IMG/VR virus record: IMGVR_UViG_3300014885_000011
Coordinates: 1 to 28,530 of that record
DNA length: 28,530 nucleotides
Reading direction: 5' to 3' (one strand)
DNA from: a virus
Lineage: Duplodnaviria; Caudoviricetes
Shown one piece after another: positions 24,053-28,530 of the stretch. The notes below the pieces were generated by a model. The model was not told where the DNA came from and did no database searches. It saw only the letters and a list, made by a program, of their open reading frames with translations. Within the stretch, counting starts at the first letter, position 1, and each line of letters opens with the position of its first letter. A program made the translations under genes and the position numbers.

Positions 24053-24346
24053 TCACACAGGCGGGGTGACTTCAGCGGTAAAGATGGCCTCGATCGCCGC
24101 TTTGATTTCGGCAAGCTCTTCAGGCGTTGCACCGCCCGCCCCGCTAGCCTCCAGCTCTGCAATTCGCGCCAACAGCTCGTCGAGCTTCGCCTGTACTTCC
24201 GCCTTTTCCGCTGCTACTGCATCCAGTACTTCTTGCTTGGTGCTCATAAGTTGCTCCTTGAGTTGAGCGACCCCCCGCCAGATGTCGCGGAGGAGCGCTA
24301 TAGATGTGCTGTCATGCTTCAGAGTTACCTCGATATGGATACCCAT
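24053..24346 (-). CDS. Hypothetical coiled-coil protein
   Basis: GAGGAG RBS; A/E-rich heptads; follows the holin-like gene. Confidence 0.7.
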   Translation of the reverse strand: MGIHIEVTLKHDSTSIALLRDIWRGVAQLKEQLMSTKQEVLDAVAAEKAEVQAKLDELLARIAELEASGAGGATPEELAEIKAAIEAIFTAEVTPPV

Positions 24347-24364
24347 TACATAGCTAACTCCTCA

Positions 24365-24868
24365 TCAGTTGTTGAACAGCTTACGCAGGCTCCGATCCAT
24401 GTACCAGAAGCCCACGATGCTGGAGCATACAGCTTTTTCCTCGGGGCCGAACGTCGCCTGAATCGCCTCCAGCACATTGGCACCGCTCTGGACGGACATA
24501 ACGATACCGGAAACAATGACCGCCGGCCAGAGAACCAGCACCCATTGGAAGGCTATCCACGGGCGAATGAGCGCGTTCAGCCCATCGATCCACTTTACCC
24601 CGGTTTGTGTTGCAGCAGCTTTAACGCCCTCCACGAGCGCGGCCAGCTCTTCGCTGTTGAGCTGCTGCGCACCATGCAACTCCTCGCTGTTGAGCTGCTG
24701 CGCGCCGTGCAACACCTTCAATTCGGCGCGTGCCTTGTCTGCTTCGAGATTGGTGGCGATCAACGCTAGCTCGTGCTTGCGCTCGTCTTTGAGATCAAGC
24801 CACTTGATCAATTCCGGTACAAGACGGAACAGCCCACCGAACAGCGAACCGAGTAGAGTTTCGAGCAT
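24365..24868 (-). CDS. Holin-like membrane protein (3TM gene-transfer-agent holin-like)
   Basis: LGSLFGGLFRLVPE...ERKHEL...WIDGLNALIRP...IVGFWYMDRSL pattern. Confidence 0.7.
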   Translation of the reverse strand: MLETLLGSLFGGLFRLVPELIKWLDLKDERKHELALIATNLEADKARAELKVLHGAQQLNSEELHGAQQLNSEELAALVEGVKAAATQTGVKWIDGLNALIRPWIAFQWVLVLWPAVIVSGIVMSVQSGANVLEAIQATFGPEEKAVCSSIVGFWYMDRSLRKLFNN

Positions 24869-24871
24869 CGA

Positions 24872-24991
24872 TTACGCCTTTAGCCAGATGATGCCGAGTA
24901 GCACAAGCGTAGGCACAGCGATTAAGCTGACGAGTTGCAGAATGAATATCCAGTTAAGTAGCTTGTGTGGTGGTACGTCTAGCGGTTTCAT
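24872..24991 (-). CDS. Small membrane protein (39 aa; frame open to 25081)
   Basis: MKPLDVPPHKLLNWIFILQLVSLIAVPTLVLLGIIWLKA. Confidence 0.45.
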   Translation of the reverse strand: MKPLDVPPHKLLNWIFILQLVSLIAVPTLVLLGIIWLKA

Positions 24992-25124
24992 ACGCTCTAG
25001 CCTTTTATCCACATTATGCCAAGCAGTACAAGCGAAGGTATGGTGATAAAGTAGCCTACAACCTGTAGAGCGAATACCCAAGTCAGCAATCTACGCGCAG
25101 ACGGCGTTTCTAACTCCTCCAGCT

Positions 25125-25403
25125 TCACGGCATCCGCTCTGCCTTCAACTTCTCGATAGCGATTTTATCCACTATGCCTTGCTCGTTAAGCCGACGGGCT
25201 TCATTGCGAAGTTCATCGATCTGCTTTTCTAGCACGCTAAGCTGAAGGCGCATCAGATTGTCTGTGTTGCTCAGGTTGACCCACGCTACCGTCGCGCTGA
25301 CTGCAGTGCTGACAATGCTTACAAGTATGATAAGCATGTCGCGCACAGTCAGCGCTACCTGCGCTTTATCCAGCAAATGCAGTGACTGCGTCTCTTCTGG
25401 CAC
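25125..25403 (-). CDS. Membrane protein with one TM helix and coiled coil (lysis-region)
   Basis: AAAGGA RBS; LIILVSIVSTAVSATVAWV followed by heptads. Confidence 0.65.
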   Translation of the reverse strand: MPEETQSLHLLDKAQVALTVRDMLIILVSIVSTAVSATVAWVNLSNTDNLMRLQLSVLEKQIDELRNEARRLNEQGIVDKIAIEKLKAERMP

Positions 25404-25419
25404 CGTGGCTAATCCTTTG

Positions 25420-26289
25420 TCATGTTAGAACGTTTATGGCCTTGTGGTTCAAGATCTGCACTCTGGATGCGGCTATAAACGTATCAGTCGGATGATTGTC
25501 GGTGCGGATGTAGATCTGATTTACTGCTGCCGTGTTCGCCCAATGCACTGTTGTTTTCGAATGCATCTGTGATGTAGCTGCGGCCCCAGTGTGCTCAAAA
25601 GTGAATACTTCAAATGATTTATTTTTGTCTGTGTCAGCATAAAAAGGTATCAGGATTTTTCCGTAAGTAAAATAATTTGCTGGCGCGCTATTGCCTACAA
25701 CATCAGTGATCGGGCTGTTAACCCCCTGGGATGAGTTTGTCGTATGGCTATTTACGTGATATTCCTCAAAATAGTTTGTGAGAGTGGTATCGTTGTTCAA
25801 GAAAATAGCCATACCGTCTGTTGTAACCGCGGCACTTGAACGTAGCGCAAATAGTACTTCAAGGGTTATTCCATCAGCAGCAATGGCGCCCGAGTCGAAC
25901 GCTGCACTTCCGGAGTTGGTAGTGTCAAAAATGGAGACGGGAGCTATTATAGAGAGTGGAGTACCGCCTGCCGACGCTGCCGCCCATTTGATCCCTGTGG
26001 CTTGCGCAGAATCCGCAGTGAGTACGTGCCCGTCCGTACCCACAGCTAATTTGGACGCGGTGTTGCCCCCGGTAGCAGCAGCAAGATCGCCCTTGGTGTC
26101 CCAGATCACATCAGTTGCAACACCGCCCGTTCCAAAAGGCCCCGTCACGTTGCCAGCACTGTCTTTGATGTACAGCCCATCCGACTTTACGAAAGCTGCC
26201 CAGTAGCCGGAATCTGGCGACGCGGGATTGGATGCCTGTTGCGCTAAGCGTATCGCATTGATGACTGCAGTCGTGCTGATTCTACTCAT
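25420..26289 (-). CDS. Tail fibre / receptor-binding-like structural protein
   Basis: TKGDLAAATG...LAVGTDGHVLTADSAQATGIKWAA fibre motif followed by a beta-rich C-terminal domain. Confidence 0.7.
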   Translation of the reverse strand: MSRISTTAVINAIRLAQQASNPASPDSGYWAAFVKSDGLYIKDSAGNVTGPFGTGGVATDVIWDTKGDLAAATGGNTASKLAVGTDGHVLTADSAQATGIKWAAASAGGTPLSIIAPVSIFDTTNSGSAAFDSGAIAADGITLEVLFALRSSAAVTTDGMAIFLNNDTTLTNYFEEYHVNSHTTNSSQGVNSPITDVVGNSAPANYFTYGKILIPFYADTDKNKSFEVFTFEHTGAAATSQMHSKTTVHWANTAAVNQIYIRTDNHPTDTFIAASRVQILNHKAINVLT

Positions 26290-26686
26290 AGATCAAGTCC
26301 CCCGCGTCATCGAACATCAGGTTCTCGTCATCATCCACGAGAAGAAAAACCTGTGGCGCTATGGCCGTGACTAATTCGGCAGCCGTCAAATGATACCGCT
26401 CAGTCGAGCTACCACCCTGCAACCCGCTCAAATCATTGTGCACAAGCACCGGGTTTTGCACGCTGTCCAGTTCATCCGCCGTCAAGTGGTAACGCTCGCT
26501 TGCCGTGCCGCCTTGTATGCTCTGCAGATCGTTATGCAACCGCGTTTCAATGTCCGTGATGTTCGAACCGGAAAAATCGATCGCGTTCGACCATTTCACA
26601 AGCGCGTCAAAGAACGTCTTCATCCAGCGATCGAACACGTTATTCTGTGCAACCGGCGGAGGGGGTTCCTTGCGGAAAATGCTCAT
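26282..26686 (-). CDS. Tail-associated protein with duplicated HNDLxxxQGG...ERYHLT motif
   Basis: HNDLQSIQGGTASERYHLTA and HNDLSGLQGGSSTERYHLTA; overlaps both neighbours. Confidence 0.65.
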   Translation of the reverse strand: MSIFRKEPPPPVAQNNVFDRWMKTFFDALVKWSNAIDFSGSNITDIETRLHNDLQSIQGGTASERYHLTADELDSVQNPVLVHNDLSGLQGGSSTERYHLTAAELVTAIAPQVFLLVDDDENLMFDDAGDLIYE

Positions 26687-28380
26687 TGCTGCGCTGCTCC
26701 CGCTGCCGTGACTGGCGCCACACCTCGGGTAACGAAACGACCGAGCTGCCGTGCGAACTCAGGTCGCCGCGCAATGAGCAATTCAAGCATCTTCTGGGAC
26801 AGCGGGTTGTACAACGCCTGCCCGCCCGTGTAGAGTCCCGCAGCGACTGCTGCTGCTGTCACAGGCTCGGCGTAAGCTGCCGCGCCTAGACCGCCTGACA
26901 TGAGCCCCCGCGGTACGGTGCCGCTGTCCGCTACACTCTGTCGCAAGATTGCGCCTGCGTCCGCGATGTCCTCACCAAGAGCTTTGTTCCGCGCGAATTG
27001 ACGCTTTACTCCAGCCCCGCCCGAGGTGGGCGATAGCGCCCGAACCGCGCTCATGTATTGCGCCGGCGACATAACGCCCTCTTCCGCGCCGACGCTGGAC
27101 GCCCCTTTTTCGAAACGCAGCAATTCGGCGTAAGCCTTTCGCACGTTCGCGAATTCTTTGCCAATTGCTGGCCCGCTACTGCGCGCCATGGCGTCGTTCA
27201 CAATCTCACGCGCTTGAACTAGCGCTGCGCCTAGCAATCTTTGATCAGCGTCAGGGCTACTCATATAGCTGCTTGCGAGCCTACGCAGCTCGGATTGTGC
27301 CGTACTGAGCGTTTCACCTGACATACGGCCGCCACCTGTCAGCCTAGACAAGAACCTGTCGCTTATGATGCTGTCGAACTGCGCAGCCCTGTCAGGTGGC
27401 ATGCTTTGCGCTAGATTACGCAACGCCCCCAGCTCGGTTGCCAACTGGGCATCCATAGCTAGATGCATCCTGCCTACTGTACGATCCCACGCATCATCAA
27501 CCGTCTTTCCGACTCGTGCAACGAGCTCGCGCCCGGCCTTGAAACCTTTCGGGACTTCTTCGCCTAGGGGCTTCAGTACCCGATTCGCAATCGCGATGTT
27601 GTACCCTTCTTTGCTGGCCTGTTGCCCTTGCTTAACCGCGGTGCCGTACAGCGGAATGCTAGTCGACGCATCTTCAAGCATCGCCAAAGCCTTGCCGGCT
27701 GTGCTCTCGTTACCAAGCATTCTGCCGGGTGTAAGGGGCACGCCTTCTTCGATAAGCGTTTGCACTTTCGGGCTACTGGCCCCGCCAATGAGCGAGCCGA
27801 GCGCGCGACCCGCTGCGCCGCCCGCCGCCCCTTTTGCGCCTTGCCAAAGCTTCTGACTCCCGTAGCTTTGCTGCTCATCAAGCGCCGGCTCGCTCAGCAT
27901 ACCGATACCGCCCCCCGCTACCGCAGCCCTGGGTAACGTAGCGAAAAGCCCACCAGGCAAGAACAGGCTGGGCAGTGCCGAGCCGACCGCGCGCGCTACG
28001 TCGACGCCTGACTGCCCGGCGGCCCGCCGCGCAGCCTGATAGCCTAGCTCTTGTTCGCGCAGGGCCTTGTCAAGCGTGGAGACATCTTCGGGACTATCGA
28101 AAATGTGAGAGCGCGCTTGAGCTGCCGAAGCGATCGCGGACTTCACTCCCTGAAACATTCTGCCGGGTATCGAAGTCTCTAACTGGTCGAGCATGAATTG
28201 CCCAAGGGAAGGTTTCGCCGGCTCAGGCGTTTCCGTCGCCACCGGTGAGGCTTGCGCTATCTGTGCTTGCGGCTGCCATTGCTGCTCAGCCGCTGCTGTC
28301 AGCTCTTCCGGGGTGGCGTCGTCGGGGCCTTCCACGCGTAGGATGCTGCCGTCCGGTGCTTCGATTCGAAATATCGCCAT
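26683..28380 (-). CDS. Internal virion / DNA ejection (DNA transfer) protein
   Basis: N-terminal RIEAPDG....VEGPDDAT; Ala/Gly-rich helical body with membrane-like GA stretches; DSGT motif; position in a P22-like late operon. Confidence 0.72.
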   Translation of the reverse strand: MAIFRIEAPDGSILRVEGPDDATPEELTAAAEQQWQPQAQIAQASPVATETPEPAKPSLGQFMLDQLETSIPGRMFQGVKSAIASAAQARSHIFDSPEDVSTLDKALREQELGYQAARRAAGQSGVDVARAVGSALPSLFLPGGLFATLPRAAVAGGGIGMLSEPALDEQQSYGSQKLWQGAKGAAGGAAGRALGSLIGGASSPKVQTLIEEGVPLTPGRMLGNESTAGKALAMLEDASTSIPLYGTAVKQGQQASKEGYNIAIANRVLKPLGEEVPKGFKAGRELVARVGKTVDDAWDRTVGRMHLAMDAQLATELGALRNLAQSMPPDRAAQFDSIISDRFLSRLTGGGRMSGETLSTAQSELRRLASSYMSSPDADQRLLGAALVQAREIVNDAMARSSGPAIGKEFANVRKAYAELLRFEKGASSVGAEEGVMSPAQYMSAVRALSPTSGGAGVKRQFARNKALGEDIADAGAILRQSVADSGTVPRGLMSGGLGAAAYAEPVTAAAVAAGLYTGGQALYNPLSQKMLELLIARRPEFARQLGRFVTRGVAPVTAAGAAQQ

Positions 28381-28384
28381 AGCC

Positions 28385-28530
28385 CTACCCTCTCAGCCCG
28401 AAAGCCGCCGCAACGTTCGGCTTGGTCGGGCCCGCTGGCTCTTTGCCCAAAACCTTGAACGCTTGCTTAGGTGCGGCAACCGGTGCTGCTGGAGCTTTTC
28501 CGCCTGTCATCCGCGCAATCTCTGAACGCA
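28385..28530 (-). CDS. C-terminal fragment of the upstream (probable ejection) protein
   Basis: Open frame ...RSEIARMTGGKAPAAPVAAPKQAFKVLGKEPAGPTKPNVAAAFGLRG-stop, ending 4 bp before the next start. Confidence 0.55.
   Translation of the reverse strand, partial: RSEIARMTGGKAPAAPVAAPKQAFKVLGKEPAGPTKPNVAAAFGLRG

Larger units (their letters stand above)
1..28530. mobile_element. P22-like podovirus genome segment with APSE-type replication module
   Basis: Every recognisable gene is phage-type. The late operon leaves the left edge at coat and re-enters at the right edge at the ejection proteins, as expected for a circular or permuted map. Confidence 0.92.

Overview
The window is a large part of a P22-like podovirus genome with an APSE-type replication module. 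No integrase, rRNA, CRISPR array or host housekeeping gene is visible. The left arm (minus strand) is the start of the late operon: RsaL-like HTH, TerS, IS630-type HTH, a beta-helix cargo gene, TerL, a PAPS-reductase-family protein, portal, scaffold and a coat gene truncated by the window edge. A 1.25-kb repeat- and hairpin-rich control region (8180-9445) separates this from a plus-strand cluster of small early genes. Next come a minus-strand primase/VirE helicase unit, an atypical tRNA-Pro, and a plus-strand DUF2800 / DUF2815 SSB / PolA / VRR-NUC / SNF2 module. The right arm (minus strand) is the end of the late operon: ejection proteins, tail proteins and a holin-like gene. The most notable signals are non-coding or regulatory: (1) a complete type I hammerhead ribozyme inside a 17-bp clamped RNA domain in an early operon; (2) three conserved early promoters with CRP-like boxes at class II (-41.5) spacing; (3) an RsaL-like repressor gene heading the packaging operon behind six tandem operator-like palindromes; (4) a tRNA-Pro(UGG) with C33/A37; (5) a 103-nt rod-shaped RNA supported by G-U pairs; (6) a shared acidic LFG motif in replication and packaging proteins. 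All family assignments come from motif recognition and gene order, not from database searches.
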